A stretch of DNA of 60,175 nucleotides, the filler included, from Bipalium vagum (lineage: Eukaryota), in the NCBI GenBank assembly GCA_037834085.1. It is 3 parts of 3 records of this genome, joined end to end, with 100 filler letters (N's around TTAATTAATTAA, not from the genome) between each part and the next. Parts side by side here need not be neighbours in the genome. Positions count along the whole stretch, not along the records: positions 43,266 to 60,175 come from JBBMKC010086822.1; 2 more parts are not named here. The stretch is one strand, 5' to 3'. A program made the position numbers and the translations under genes. Each line of letters opens with the position of its first letter. Within the stretch, counting starts at the first letter, position 1. Positions 44,506 through 58,435 of the stretch are shown piece after piece. The notes beneath the pieces were generated by a model, which worked only from the letters and a program-made list of their open reading frames with translations, was not told the DNA's origin and searched no databases.

Positions 44506-45773
44506 CCGTCGTGGCCATAAAGGTAGCATATTTTAAAAAATATAATAAAATTAACAAAATCGTAAATACCACTAATTATATTTTAAAACTTTGTAACACA
44601 AGCATAAGAATATTGAGCACAGGCATCAATATTTAGTCATATGACCTCTGACTGCAATAACTGACTTCAAACGCTGTGGAATTGAATCAATCAAATTAAA
44701 ACAGTATTCGGGAGAAATTTGTTGCAAACACACAGGTTTAATTTTCTCTTGTAGATGAACCCCGGATGAAGTATGGAGATTCTGCACTTTCAATTTGAGC
44801 ATGCACCAGCAATTTTCGATCTGTTTAATTCTGATGAGTTACCTGACTATGAACCTACCACCAGAATATGGTTTGCTATCAAACAGTTTGTTACATACCG
44901 AGAACGATGACAAGGGGCACCATCGTGCTGAAAATATTGGCAATTTAGACATTCCATGCATGGAAGACGTTTATCATGCAATATTGTAAGATAAACATCA
45001 CCATTTATAGTTGTATTTTACGGCATGAACCACAGATCACCACATCCTGCTACTTATGCTACCCCAAATCATTTGTGAAGGAGAGTATTTGACGGTTTGC
45101 ATTGTAAATCGAGGATTATAACGTTGTCCAGGTGAACACTGAACTCTAATCCTATTGTTACTAAACATTTGAATAGATATTTCACCTGAGATGTTTCACC
45201 GCCAATTTTCTGAGGTCCAGTGTTGGTATTTAAAAATGAGACGATCCTTGATGTGTTTGGCTGTCAGTCTGGGCTTACATGTAGCCGGATGAAAATGTAA
45301 ATTAAAGTCATTCAAAAGACTTAACAACAATTTCGGCAGGCAATTGCAATGCAATAAATGATAAGGAAGTAGGATTGACCAAACTGTTGATAAAGTAGTC
45401 AACCTCGATCTTCCTGGTGATTTTTTATGTTTCAAACTTCCTGTAGCTTTATACCTCGATAAGTATCTTGATACTACGGTTTGAGACAAACTAAATCTGA
45501 TAGCAATATCTCTCTGCTTCATTCCTGTATTTCTATATACCACTATTTAACTGCAGTTTCACTTGAAATAGGTTTATTTCCAACCATGACGAAAAGCACT
45601 ATTGTGAGATATTATACAAATAATGAAAAATTTATTTACATTTATGATTCATATTGATAAATGTATTTAAATAGTCTACTTCATTAATATTTAAGACTTA
45701 AAAATAGAAAGTTTAAACAATAAACCAATCATAACAAATTTTTCATAATATGCTACCTTTATGGCCACAACTG
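44506..45773 (-). mobile_element. Tc1-like element with both TIRs and degenerate transposase
   Basis: 27-bp TIRs c(c/a)gt(c/t)gtggccataaaggtagcatatt flanked by TA; HTH QRDIAIRFSLSQTVVSR..GRSR; FQHDGAPCH...GNSSELN.IENCW. Confidence 0.9.
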
Positions 45774-46078
45774 TATATATACGAAACAGTGGTTATCAGT
45801 TTTTGTAAATAATAAATAAATATTTGAAACTTCTACAAATTATTGAAATCGAACTTGTTTTAGAAAATCATGTGTGAAATAAATTTTTTAAAAATATTGA
45901 TTATTTCAAAAGAAAAACTTAGTTAGATGATTGAACTTAGATTTAAAACTGACAGTAAAAGGTTCAAAATATAAATATTAAATTAACAGTATCTAATCAA
46001 TAAATATTAATTTTACAAGAAAATTAATGGTTAGCGAAAAAAGCAATTATCAGTTGGTTTCATCAATTTTTTAGCATA

Positions 46079-46959
46079 CGAGGTGTGGATAAAGTCATTA
46101 GACTCGTACAGAAATATGAATAACACAAAGATGAAACTTTTATTTACAAATGAACTATGTGAATAAACACAAAATCATTTTTATAAATAACCACCTGTTT
46201 CCCAGAATTTCTTCTTCCAATTTATTAATGAACTTCTTTTTCATTGAAAAAATCTTGTATCACTTTTATGAGATAGTTTTTGCTCTATTTTCTGTCCTCG
46301 TAAATGTTTTCTCAATTGAATAAACAAGAAATCATTAGGATCCAAATCAGAAAAATTACGATTAAGGTGAAAACAGCACCAAGTCCTTTCCTGTAATTAC
46401 ATCCATAGTTCTGTGATCTGTGTGAACTATAAAGTTGTCAAAAGATAGAGCTCCTAATTATTTTGATTCCGTCGAAACTTTCGCACTGCACTAAAATGTG
46501 TGCAATTGTAGTTCGATTCGATGATTTCTGGATTAAAGTCTGTTTTGATTACATCTTTAAACATGAAAAATTTGCGATGAGATGTCTTTGAATGAAGCAT
46601 TTTTATTTGGCCATTAGAAAACCAATGCATGATACTCACGCTTTATGTATGAAACAAAGGCTCAATATGATCTCATCTTCCGTTATAATATTCTTCTGTT
46701 GAAGGGCATGGAATAAGATGAGATTTTCTTGGCACTGTTGTATTCTCTTTAATCAGCTATCAAAAATGATGAGACAAATAGACTGAATTATTTTCAGATT
46801 CCAATGCTCTCTAGTATGTTTTGCACAGTCTTCTCTTTTAAATTAATTCTAACAGACAGCTCTCTCTGGGTCTCACATATATTAATTTTTCTATGTAGAA
46901 GTTTTCATCTACTTTTAGTTTTATTTAATTATAAATCTAGGGAGTTTATCAACACCACG
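46079..46959 (-). mobile_element. Degenerate mariner (irritans-like) with TIRs
   Basis: TA|cgaggtgtggataaagtcattag ... ctagggagtttatcaacaccacg|TA; remnants VQNILESIG and NIITEDE. Confidence 0.65.
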
Positions 46960-48447
46960 TATATGCGTAGCATATCTATAAAATTAATAATAATCAGATA
47001 AAGAATTTCATGTTCCTGATAAATTTATAAAGAATTCAATTATAATAAGATGAGCTTATTAAAATGGATATACAACATAATATTGGTTTAAATAATAAAA
47101 GGCATATACGAAATAAATAACTATTTTTTATCCCTAAGTTGTTCCTCATAAGAGATACATGCATAAAGAGAACAATAGATAATCAATATAATGATTATAA
47201 TAATAATAATAAAAGATGGAGTCGGGGATGATATGTTACGCCTACAACTACACGGCATACAGCATGCACAATTCTCATTCAGCAAAGCAGCAAAAAATAA
47301 CTTTAATGTTATATTACAAGATTGTATTAATGTTATTAATACAAGATGATAGATAACCTACCACTAGCTGACAATAAATGCCGTTCTCTGATTTTAAGAG
47401 ATTGTGTTTCCACTGAAAGCAATAAAAATATATATTCATTGTTTGATCGTTAAGAATCACTCTATTTGTGTATTTATTGTAAAATGTTTGTTCGAAAAGT
47501 TCAATTAATAATTGTGGATTATTGTATTTAAATTTTATCTAAACTTTTCCGAAGTTATATGGGCCAATCAGTTAAAATATTTTCCTTTATTTTTTCGATT
47601 TCTAATATCCTTATTAATAATTAGCCTTTGTAAAACGATCACATAAGTAAACAATTATAGTATATTAATTTATCAAAGATTAATATTTTAAGTTTAAATA
47701 TTTAAGTATTGAGAATTGAACATTCATATTTGGAATTTGGTGATTTATTTCTAAACTTCCATAAACCAATTAAAATTACATTTCTATTGATATTTCGAAA
47801 AATATAATAAATTATTAAATTATTAAAAAATCAATAATCGGAAAATTTATTTTTACCTTAAAAATGTATCCGATAAAATATTTAATATTTTAGGAAAATA
47901 ATATTAAATTTTGTTATTGATACTTTTTTTAAAATACTAACTAAAATCTTATTATTTGATTATTATTTTTCCCATTCCTATTATTATTCATTATTTTCAT
48001 CATCTATTATTTTTTATATTATTACTACTATTTTATTTTTTTTTATTATTATTTTGCGTTCTGAAATTGAGTATTTTTCTGAACTTTCAGTGTAATTATG
48101 ATCGAAACTTTCTTCAAGAAAGCACTTAACAATTATTCAAGAGATTTAATGATGTTAATTGAAAAAATAGGACAGAATACTCTAAATCTGAAAAAATTTG
48201 TCTTATTCATTGACAAAATAGTGAAAAACACAAGTTGAAAATGAAAAATAAATGTTTAAAAATAAATTTATTTTGATAAACATGATAATTCAGTTGATTT
48301 AATAAAATTTTTAAAGTAATCAATTCTAAAATATTTTTAAAATTTAATTTTATTGATTTACGAAGTCAATAATATTTTAAAATTGTATTAAAAATATAAT
48401 AAATATATTACTATTTAATTTAATTGATAAAGTAGAATTTAACTCAC

Positions 48448-51400
48448 CGTTTTTCTTAACTCTATTTCCCCTATAATGTTCTGCCTGATTTATTTCTGAA
48501 TCCCCAAAACATAAATGAATTAAAATTAATAATTGATCGACAAATCTCACCCCTCACATCTTCAAGATTAGTTTTTTCATCTGAAATATTAATTAATTGT
48601 GAAATTGGAAACCAAGTTAAAATCTGTTAACCTTGGAAAATCAATGGTTCGTTTTTTAAGCTTAAACTGGCCACGTAAGTAACCCACTCATCCTGAGATC
48701 GAGCAACACATTGATAGACTCCTAAATCTTCCTTTCTGACATAATCAATGTATAAAGAAGAATCTGGATGGAGAAAGATTTCCGTAAAAGATATTTTATC
48801 GGTTTCATTAATAAATGTATTTATTGTATTAATCGATAATTCTATTAAAAATGAATTTCTCACACCACATAGAACAGTGGAGAAAAACAATAAATCGCAA
48901 TTAAATATAAATTAATAAATGTATATAAATATAATGGATAACAAAAATTTCGATTAGTACAACTGAAGGATTTTTGATGAATTGAACTTATGATATTAAT
49001 TTTGAATGCAAGCCAGATGTGTCTCATATTGACGCACAACAAGCACATTTAACGATAAATCATTAAAAAATCGAAAAAATAATTGTGCTGCCATCAAAAA
49101 CAAACGAAAGAGAATACACACTGAGAACTGAAGAAAGAATAATAAACAGACGGTGATTTTTAAATTTCTAAACGACCGGAAAAGAATACCACAACACCAA
49201 ACACAAAACACAAACGCACTCACAATGGATAGTATTAGTAGATTGTAAATCTAAATAAAAATGCAAAGGAACAAATGTACATTGGAGGATCATTGAAATA
49301 GAACATGCATGTTTATAATGACTCATATTTTGGCTACGTGAAAGAGAGCAATCGATATAGATTGCCACATGTTCCTTCTCATTGCAATATGAGGTCAATT
49401 TCAACCAATTCAATTAACACAAATAAAATATTTATATATAAATACATATATAAGTCCCAATTACAAAATGTGAACACCAATTTATATTTAATAAATTCCC
49501 TTTATATTTATTGATAATTATTATTTTATAAAAAGAATAAAAAGGTCGTTAGTTGTTTAACATTTTCAAATTATATTTTTAATTGATTAAATTATTTGTT
49601 TAACAAGTGCAATTTATTATAATTTCTTGGAAAATATGGGAAATCGAAATCTTTTAGAAAATTTCTGGATACAATTCCAAGTAACTAAATGTCACTAGAA
49701 AAAATGAATTGAAGAAAATAGTATACTCTCCATTCTAGGTTCAAAAAATTCCACGAAAGTCACAAGGAACTTCACAGTCAACAACGTTCCAACAAATCTA
49801 TAACGGTGCTCTCAGAAACTAAACATGAACAGTTTAAGCGAATTCAGCAATCAGTTGATTGTCTGATGAAATTTAAGGTCAAGTATATTCTCTCTAGAGG
49901 TTCTTCATGATTGAACTGAACTTTGTGATAACCAAAATTTCGACGTGTCAAAAAATTCTTGAAAAACTTCTAATTTATTATTTCTGAATAAAATCGGATT
50001 GATTTTAATAATCCAAATAACAAAATCAATAGCTAGATTAAAATAAAAGTTAAGATCAGAATCTATGAAAAATCGGATTTTAAAAAATATTATGTTCAGT
50101 GAAATTGTGAAGATATCTTAATAACTCGAAACGATCTAGACAAATAATTTTTCTTCGGAGATCTCTATTGTCTTTACTGCCTAGAGTATTTACGAAGTTA
50201 GAGAAAAATCCCAAATCTGATCAATCAAGTGGACAAAATTCTGATACCAGATGCAATTGAACTGTTGCTAAAATAACCATTTGATTCGGATCTTAATATA
50301 GGGGTCCGCAAAAATAACTTCGTTTTTTCTAAATTATTTATTATACTACAAAAACATATTTTATAATATTATAATAATAATATATAATAAAAATATAATT
50401 TTGTAAAAACGAAGTTTTTTTACGGACCCCTATACATTAGACCATCATCTTTATTAGTTCATGATATATTTTCTACTTAGCTTCTATAATTATGAGGTTT
50501 TAGATAAGATTTAAATTCGAAGAGTGGTGGTGCAAAATAAACTGCTTTATCAATATATGACTCCTAACCATCAATTCAAATAATATTTTTATACTTTGAG
50601 ATTTAATATTATTTTACTTAATTTTTAAGTTTTCAAAAAAAAATTAAGAATCATGAATTATTCTTCTATCGAAATAAGAGCAGAAGGCGCCAGAGAAGCT
50701 TACGAAAATATTACGAAAAGGAGTAACAAGACATTACCAAACCTCATCCGCCAAAGGTCACCAGAGAAAAATTGAAAGATTTCGGATGGGATCTTCTTCC
50801 TCATCCCAACTATAGCCCAGAAATCGCGCCATCTACTTAACACCTATTTAAATCTTTAGAGCATTTTCTAACTGGAAAGTACTTCAAAGACAAGAGAGAA
50901 ATTAAGTGTCGCTTTATCTAAGCACAATATTTTTTGTAGGGAGAGTATAGAAACCTTACCACGGTGATGGGAGACAGTCATTGAAAGTGATGGACAATAT
51001 ATTATTGATTAGAATTATTTTTTTAATAAAATTTGCACTTCTCTGTTTAACATGAATTTCGTAGACTTTTTTTCCAACCTTATAATATATCAAATTATTT
51101 ATTGGATTTTTTAATTTCTTTATTTTAATCTATTACTTCAAAATAAAAGTATTATAATAATATCCACGTTAAGAATCAAAGAAAACTCAAAATAAATAAA
51201 AATTTAATGTTGAATCGATTTTAAATTAAAAACAGATGTGGAAAACCGATCACCACTTGTCTCAACTTAAATGTCTATCATACTGCTATTTTTATTGCTA
51301 AATATTTCTACACAATCACACGGACAGAAAGAAACCCATTAATTTAACTATGAACAGAACCATCATTTTACCACCAGATATTAATTTTTTTCGTTGTATT

Positions 51401-54400
51401 TAGCACCGGTGGAAGAGAGGGTGACATCAGAAGATGATAAGATTACTTCGTCATTTAATTATTTACAAATCAAAACCATAAACTATCAGAATAAACACAA
51501 TCTCCTCACAGCATTATGCTTTTCTGATACCCATAATATAATTTCCGATGTTCTGGTAGTCGAGATTTATGCCATCAAATAGGGCACTGTTTGTTAATTT
51601 TATTGAGAAAAACATTTTTCTTGAAGAATATAAAAATATTGTTTTCTTTCGATTTTTACAATGTACACAACGTCTCCTTTAGAACAGACCAGCTTTTATC
51701 ATATTTAAAATCAATATATATTTTGCAAATCTTACAGAAATGTACTACGAGATAGATTTTTTCTCTTTTCATTTCCGAAATACGATCTAGATATTTATTT
51801 TTCAATATTTCTCACTTTTTTAAAAAAATCATTGATTTTATTAATATATAATAATACTTATATACCTGTGGATTTTAGATTAAAATGAATTAACTGTGTT
51901 GTCTGAAAATTTGGAAAGGATCACTCATAATACATAGACATTTGGCAGAATAAATTCCTCAATGTCTACTAAACTAAATTCCGAAATCAGTTAACTCAAT
52001 AAATAGACCTAATCATTTAAACCTGCAAAATCATTTAGACTGGAACAAACCTTAAGTATTTGCTAATAATAAAAATTAAAATAAATAAAAATAAATAAAA
52101 AATAAATAAAAAAATAAATAAAAAAAAAATAAAAATAATAATAATAATAATAAATCAGTAAAAGTCATCAATGATAAATATACAAAAATCGAAAAAGTAA
52201 ATTTATGTTAAATATTAAGAACTAATAAGTTAAGAATTAAAGATAATATAATTTTTGATAAATATATATTACCATAAGTAGATACTTTGTTATAAATACA
52301 AATATTGACAAATTAAAAGTGATAAAAAATGATACTTCTGCCTGATTGAGCTCTTTGTGTTCGAAGTTTACCATTGAAGTACCATTGTGGAGTGATATTA
52401 GGATCTGAGCTCTGACAGCTGAATCTGGCCTGCAAGCCGAAAGCACTGATTTGAATATCCTGAGGTGCGTGACTGATTCCCAGTTGTTCTGATTGTAATG
52501 AAATAATCAATAGGCCCACCCGAATTATATTATCTCAACGTACCTTGAACTTTTAATCGAGCAGTATCACTGATTATACCGCTTTCTGAACAGGTGTACG
52601 GACCCTCATCGGCTTGCGTTACTTTCGAAATGGTGAGAAGACCTAACAATAAATGATCTTTTTATATTATGAAATTAAATCAAACCCAAATCGTTATCCA
52701 TTACATATCTATTTGTATCTGGTATAGGATCAGATTTGAAAGTAATGACACGCGGAGGAGGTGCACCTTCCATAACACAAAATATGGTAACTTCCGAACC
52801 CTCTCTAACGGTGATTATATCATCAGAACTCGGAGAATACTGTTGATTTTCAACTTCTACTCCGGAAATGGTCATTTTAATTGTTCCAGAAAGATTAATA
52901 TTTGGGACTGAAATAATTTTTAAAATAACAAGATTAATTTGGTCATCGATAAAAAAAGATTTATTTTTCATATTTTATTGTTTTATAAATTAATATCAAA
53001 ATCAAATAATAAATTTCTTTATTTGAATCAATATTTTAAAAATAGTATGAAAGCAAAATTTCTGAGAAAACTGGGTGTTTAAAAAGATACGTTATTATTA
53101 AAGAATAATGGAAATTTTCAATTTTGTTTTATTGATATTTTGATCTGACCTATTTCAATAATGTAACTTAAACTATTATAACGAAAAGTAAAAATCAATA
53201 TTGAAATGTTAGAATCAATAATTTTCTTTAAAACTAAAATAATATTCCAACTTTTAATTTTGAGTTCTTGTACTATTGGATCAACCTTTGATTCGCCTGT
53301 TATTGAATTAATAGCTCTGCAGCGATAAAACCCTTGATCCCTAGGATCGAAAGATTTGATGAGTAATGTTACTCGTCCGCTATTTGACCTCTTGATATAG
53401 CGATATCGATCTGGAAATATATTACAGCTTAGATAACCCAGTAGATTATTAAAAAAAAACTCATACATTTTGAGTCGTTAAATGGTAATTTAATAAAAAA
53501 AAGATGACTAGATCAATTTTATGAAAAATTAATAAAATATAAAAGTTATGATGAACTGAAAAAAGCATATTGACTTCTTATTTAAATAGAAAATTGTTTA
53601 ATAAACTAATTTTAAGAAGTATTGATAATTTACTATTAAGCTTCATCTAATAACAGAGAACAAATATCCTAAAAAAACATTAACTTTCAAGATCGAACAA
53701 ATAATTTATATATATTAATAAAAAAAATCAAAGTTCATTGATTTTTATTGAAAATTTTTCAAGTCTTGCTATATAAATTAAACATAGTAAATATCAAAAA
53801 TCAAAGAACTGAAAATATTTAACAGGAAATAAAAATTTTTAATTAATAAAAATAATCAATATTAAAGAGGACTAAAAAATGACTGACAAAAAATTATTAA
53901 CATTAAGCCTATTCAATATCGATAATGATAATTGTACAAAAACAAATTCTCAATAAATTAACTATCCTCAACAATTATCTAAATAAATTCAACATATTGA
54001 TCTATTTGAATCAATAATATGATTTTTTCCACTTTCCTACACTGTCCAACCTCCTATTTTTGATTAAAATTTAGATATTATATAAAATTCAGAAAAAAAA
54101 TTTCAATCAATATATGATTCCCAGAACTTTTAACAATAACAGTTCTATTATGATCGATTCTTGAAAAATTATCAAACAATAAAGGATAATAAAAAAATAT
54201 TTCCTTTTCAGTTATCATTGATTATATCCACCTCACAAAAAGAAGTATTATTGAATTACTGGTAAATGGGGGATTTCCAGGTTCCTATTAGGTTGTAACA
54301 TATGAAATACCCAATCTGGTTAAAATATTTTTAACGATTATGAGATACAAGAAAAAAGTTTTTATTTATCAAAATATGCCTCTTCAGAATCGATGCACTT

Positions 54401-57400
54401 TTGCCATATTATTATCAGATTTCTTATTGCACTTTCATAAAAACTTGTGTCCTTGGAATCCAAAAAGTCGGATAAGGCATTTTGAACACCACGGTTGTTG
54501 AAAGTTTTCTTTGAGAAAAAATGATCTAAATGTGTGAACAGATGGTAATCTGTTGGAGCCAAATCTGGAGAATAAGCTGGATGCAGCAAGGTTTCATATT
54601 TCATATCCTTGAGGTAATTCAACGTTACCTTGGAAACACGTGGCCTGGCACTGTCGTGAAGCAAAATAACACCATATCTGTTAGTCATTGCAGGATGTTT
54701 GATAATTTCAAATGACAAGAAATTGTCATTGCTGATACGCCAAACACTTTGACTAGGTCTCACACAATCTGATGTGAATTTTCTTCAACCTTTTCCTTCA
54801 GATCATTATCATCAACAGTGATGACTGGCCTTCCTCGATCTGCAATTTCTCGGGTATAATCATTGGAATCGAATTTTTTGTACCAGCGTCCAATGGTTTT
54901 ATTGTTTGTAGCATGCAACCCAAATGCCGATTTTATGTTCCTGACAGCTTCGAATATTTTGTGGTCCAATTTCCATTCATAAAAATAAATAGTTCTTAAT
55001 TTTGTCATTGTTATGTTATTCATATTGACCGCTAAATATTTTTAAATATATGTTATTATTTAAACAATTGATATTATAACATAAAGAAATTTCTAACCTT
55101 TAAATCGATATATCAACTTTAATTTTCATCAATTATTACTGAAAATATGTTGCTTAGAAAAATTAGTTTTAAATAGGGACATTTCATATGTTACAGCCTA
55201 ATAGTTTATTTTTTTCTGGATGACCAGGCTCAATTCCGGATTCAATTAATTAATAATTACAGTAATATGTATAATATCCAAATATTGATTTCCTATAGAG
55301 ATAAACGACGACAATAGATTGATAAAAATAGTTGAATTCTATTTTGATAGAGTAGAATTATAAGCGCATAAGCAATTTGATAAAATTGTTCATGAAGTTA
55401 TTATTTTCTCTCTCAATAACCACTTGAATCGTTAGAATGGATTGTTCGAAGTTGACATATGCAAGCTTTTCCTTCACTTCTCTCAATAAAATTCATCTTA
55501 TGGTATTTTTAATCGATTATTCCAAGCCATTGTAACAACTGTCTAGTTTCAGAATCAAAAACTTCTGGATCATGATGATGACACCAAACCAACAGAAGGC
55601 CATGTCGTTACCTCACCGATCTTGTGTGCATATCAATATCAACTGTCAAAATAACACTTCATCCAATTATCTGAATCTCGTCAATTAAAATAAATTCATA
55701 TTTCTAAATTATTTTACTGTAATGTCATCCAGGAAGCCTCTTTAAAATCTAGAGCTATTTCTGATAATATTACAATAATAAAATGAAGGGACAAATGCCC
55801 ATCACTCAATTAGCACAGTTAATTTTAATTTATTCCACATTTTTTCCACTTGAAAAACGAAACAGAATTAACCTACAGTAATAAATAACAACTTTCGAGA
55901 GAGAGAGATAAGCTAAGAGGACGATAGTTATAGATTTTTTCAACTCTATTGACTGAATTTGTGGCAACCAACCAGTTATGAAATACTTTCCATGAATAAA
56001 TTACATTCACCATATATACAAAACCCTCCTAGTAAAATAGATTGATCACCATATCAACTTCGTTTCAATAATTAGAAAGATAATAGAAAAGATTGTTATG
56101 AATTTGACAGGACGCGCATTATAATTACCTAAACTAGGATGTATTTCTATTTATTTTCTCAGATTCAAAAGTCATTCTAAATAGAAGTTTTTCTTTTTTT
56201 CGGCTTAAAGTTTTCTTAGTAAATCATTCTATATCTCGGGAATTTGTTTTTTTGGTGCAATGCATTTCATAATTATCATCTCCAAATTTTTTTAACACCG
56301 ATCTCTCAATAAACGCAGTTAATTTTAAGTTATTCATCATTTCTGACAGTTGAGAAGCGAAACACGATTTAGCTATATTAATAAATAACATTTTTATACT
56401 TTGGAGATTTTTTCGACAATATTGACTTTGTACATCAAGGCGGTTATAAAAATTTGACATTATTTACAAAACCAGAAAAAAATTCTTCCCCAAGTAATGA
56501 AATAATTTCCATAGACTGTCCCAATAAGTAACATTCATTACTATCGATTTAATTGGTTACATTAAACCCCGCGTGAAATAACAATAGAAATTTAATTCTC
56601 AGCTCCATTTTTTTACATACATAAGACCGTTGAAAGAAGTAATTTCACAAAATATCATCGTAAACATACATATATATTATAACTCTTTGAAAAAAAATCG
56701 ATTATACCAAATAAAATAATCATAAATTATGATTCGGAAACGATGCTTGATTAGAATATATTATTTGGAAAATAATTAATAGAAAAAACAGTGCTCAGTG
56801 AAGGAAGAGAAATTTTAACTAAAAGAAATAACTGGAAAGAAATTTTTCCATTAAGAGAACTTCTGATGATCTTAAATATTTCAAAAAGATAAGTTTTCTG
56901 TTAATTCCGTGTTTAAAGAAAATCAATTAATTGAAAATTTTCTAACCAGCTTTATAATAATGAAAGCTAAAATAACCATCATATTTTACATTCCTTCTGG
57001 TAAGATAAATAGACAACGAATCTCAAGAGTTACTCTATGAATTCTGGGATCTCCTTTGTCATAAGGATCCAGAACAACAAATAAAAATCCGACTATGCAC
57101 CTGGGCCACCGCTAATGGTGGGAAAGTCTTTAATAATTCTCCTTGTTTTCAAGATCATTTCTAAAAAAATACGACCCTCCCGTCATTTACTTAAAATGCG
57201 ATTTCAAAGTCGTGCAATCATTACGGCTGTGAAATAATTCTAAAGAAAAATGGAAAATTGTGGTCTGGAAATCGATCCAAACAGATAAAAAACCAAAGGT
57301 AATATTTTATTGATTGGAAGTAATTTGTAGATTAATTGAAAAAAAATCATTTGGTAATAATGAATTTTCGAAATATATTCGTGTTATGTAATGATAAATC

Positions 57401-58435
57401 AATCCAGAAAACCTGGAGCTGCTTAACAGAGCTGATCAAGATACATATATACCTTGTTCTTCTACAAGCTATAGAAAGTGTACTTGTTTATTTTGCTAAT
57501 GATTGATTGACTGTCATTTCTCAGTTATGAATAACCATATCTCAATAACAAAACGGCCCAAATTCAATCTTAATTATCTCTATTTATTTCGTAATTCTTT
57601 TTGTTATAAAAATCAATAATCAAGTTTAAAATAATTAAATAAATTACATTAAGCAATAATATTAATAAAAATCTTCACACTAGGCACAGATCGATAATAT
57701 TCAAGATTAATGTCAATAAAAGCGTATTACAATATTATTTTCAAATTGATTATAGAAACTTAAAAACGTTACCTGATAATTGGATTTTAGTTCCGTTGAC
57801 CTCAAATTCGATTTTAGCTGGTGGATAGGACTCCGGAGGTATACAGTAGACATATGCCACATTGCCGTGCATAAAATATTTGGTTACTTTATTCGCTTGC
57901 CCATCGCCAATTCCTGAGGCCGACGGAAAGTTGAATAATTCTAAGTTTTGTTGTAGAAATTAATCATTAAACTACTAATCATTTACTGGCTTCGACAACT
58001 CGAAATGGACGACTAATGACTGCTCCGAAGGAAGTTTTAACCAAGCAGTGCAAATCCCATTTCGAAAGAGTTCTGACTTGTTCTAGATTTCTTAGAATTA
58101 AATTTCCGTTCTCAACATACTTATTGTCTAATGGATGCAATGGAGCAGATTTTAAAAATCGTGATTGACTTGGATTATTAGAATTAGAAGTTGACATGCG
58201 ATCAGTACTGTACAGGGTAATTTCACTAAATGCAGGCCAAGCTTTGCAACTCAGATTTTTCGGTGAATCACTACCCTTTTCTGAATAAAACACCAAAGGA
58301 GGAGGCACATATTCAAACTTAGGCACTAATATCCACAAAACAATTTTAATAAAAAATTAGAAACTAAAACTTACAATAGTTTTTAGAAATCACACATAAA
58401 ATAGATAGATGAAATAAAATAATTGTGAGGTACAT
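48448..58435 (-). CDS. Ihog/BOC/CDON-like Ig-domain protein, paralogue B (signal peptide plus 4 Ig domains; 3' exons not found)
   Basis: Exons 58375-58435 (MYLTIILFHLSILCVISKNY, signal-like), 57987-58325 (Ig1, ends GAVISRPFRVVEA), 57773-57940 (GNVAYVYCIPPESYPPAKIEF), 53252-53410 (DQGFYRCRAINSITGE), 52686-52907, 52544-52642 (DEGPYTC), 52336-52488, 48632-48841 (DLGVYQCVA), 48551-48580 and 48448-48495. All are GT-AG with phase-1 junctions. Confidence 0.8.
50299..50432. mobile_element. 134-bp MITE (Tc1/mariner-type, TA TSD)
   Basis: TA|taggggtccgcaaaaataacttcgtttt ... aaaacgaagtttttttacggaccccta|TA with an AT-rich interior. Confidence 0.85.
50700..51082 (+). mobile_element. Mariner 3' remnant (mellifera-like)
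   Basis: QDITKPH..KVTREKLKDFGWDLLPHPNYSPEIAPS..HLFKSL...WETVIESDGQYIID*, then TIR-like ...ttttccaacct. Confidence 0.85.
54288..55201 (-). mobile_element. Mariner (DD34D) with both TIRs, internally deleted (914 bp)
   Basis: TA|ttaggttgtaacatatgaaat ... atttcatatgttacagcctaa|TA. ORFs 54760-55023 (HTH, GRP) and 54362-54763 (HDSARP...YSPDLAPTDY, 34 residues between the Asp). The WVPHEL and first-Asp region is missing. Confidence 0.95.
55570..55750 (-). pseudogene. Possible PIF1/Helitron-type helicase remnant
   Basis: FRNMNFILIDEIQIIG*SVILTVD resembles PIF1 motif II (LIIDEISMxG); stops on both sides. Confidence 0.25.
56224..56640 (-). pseudogene. Possible MULE-type transposase remnant
   Basis: QYCRKNL..IKMLFINIAKS..MMNNLK weakly resembles the MULE C..H region. 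Confidence 0.2.

Noticed and set aside
51371-51580. Possible extra exon or nested start in the paralogue B intron
   Set aside because: Ig4 splices cleanly from 52336 to 48841 without it, and no suitable acceptor was found.
57000-57560. Possible retroelement remnant (also 58880-59400 and 5000-6500)
   Set aside because: GC-richer and repeat-like, but no motif strong enough to name.
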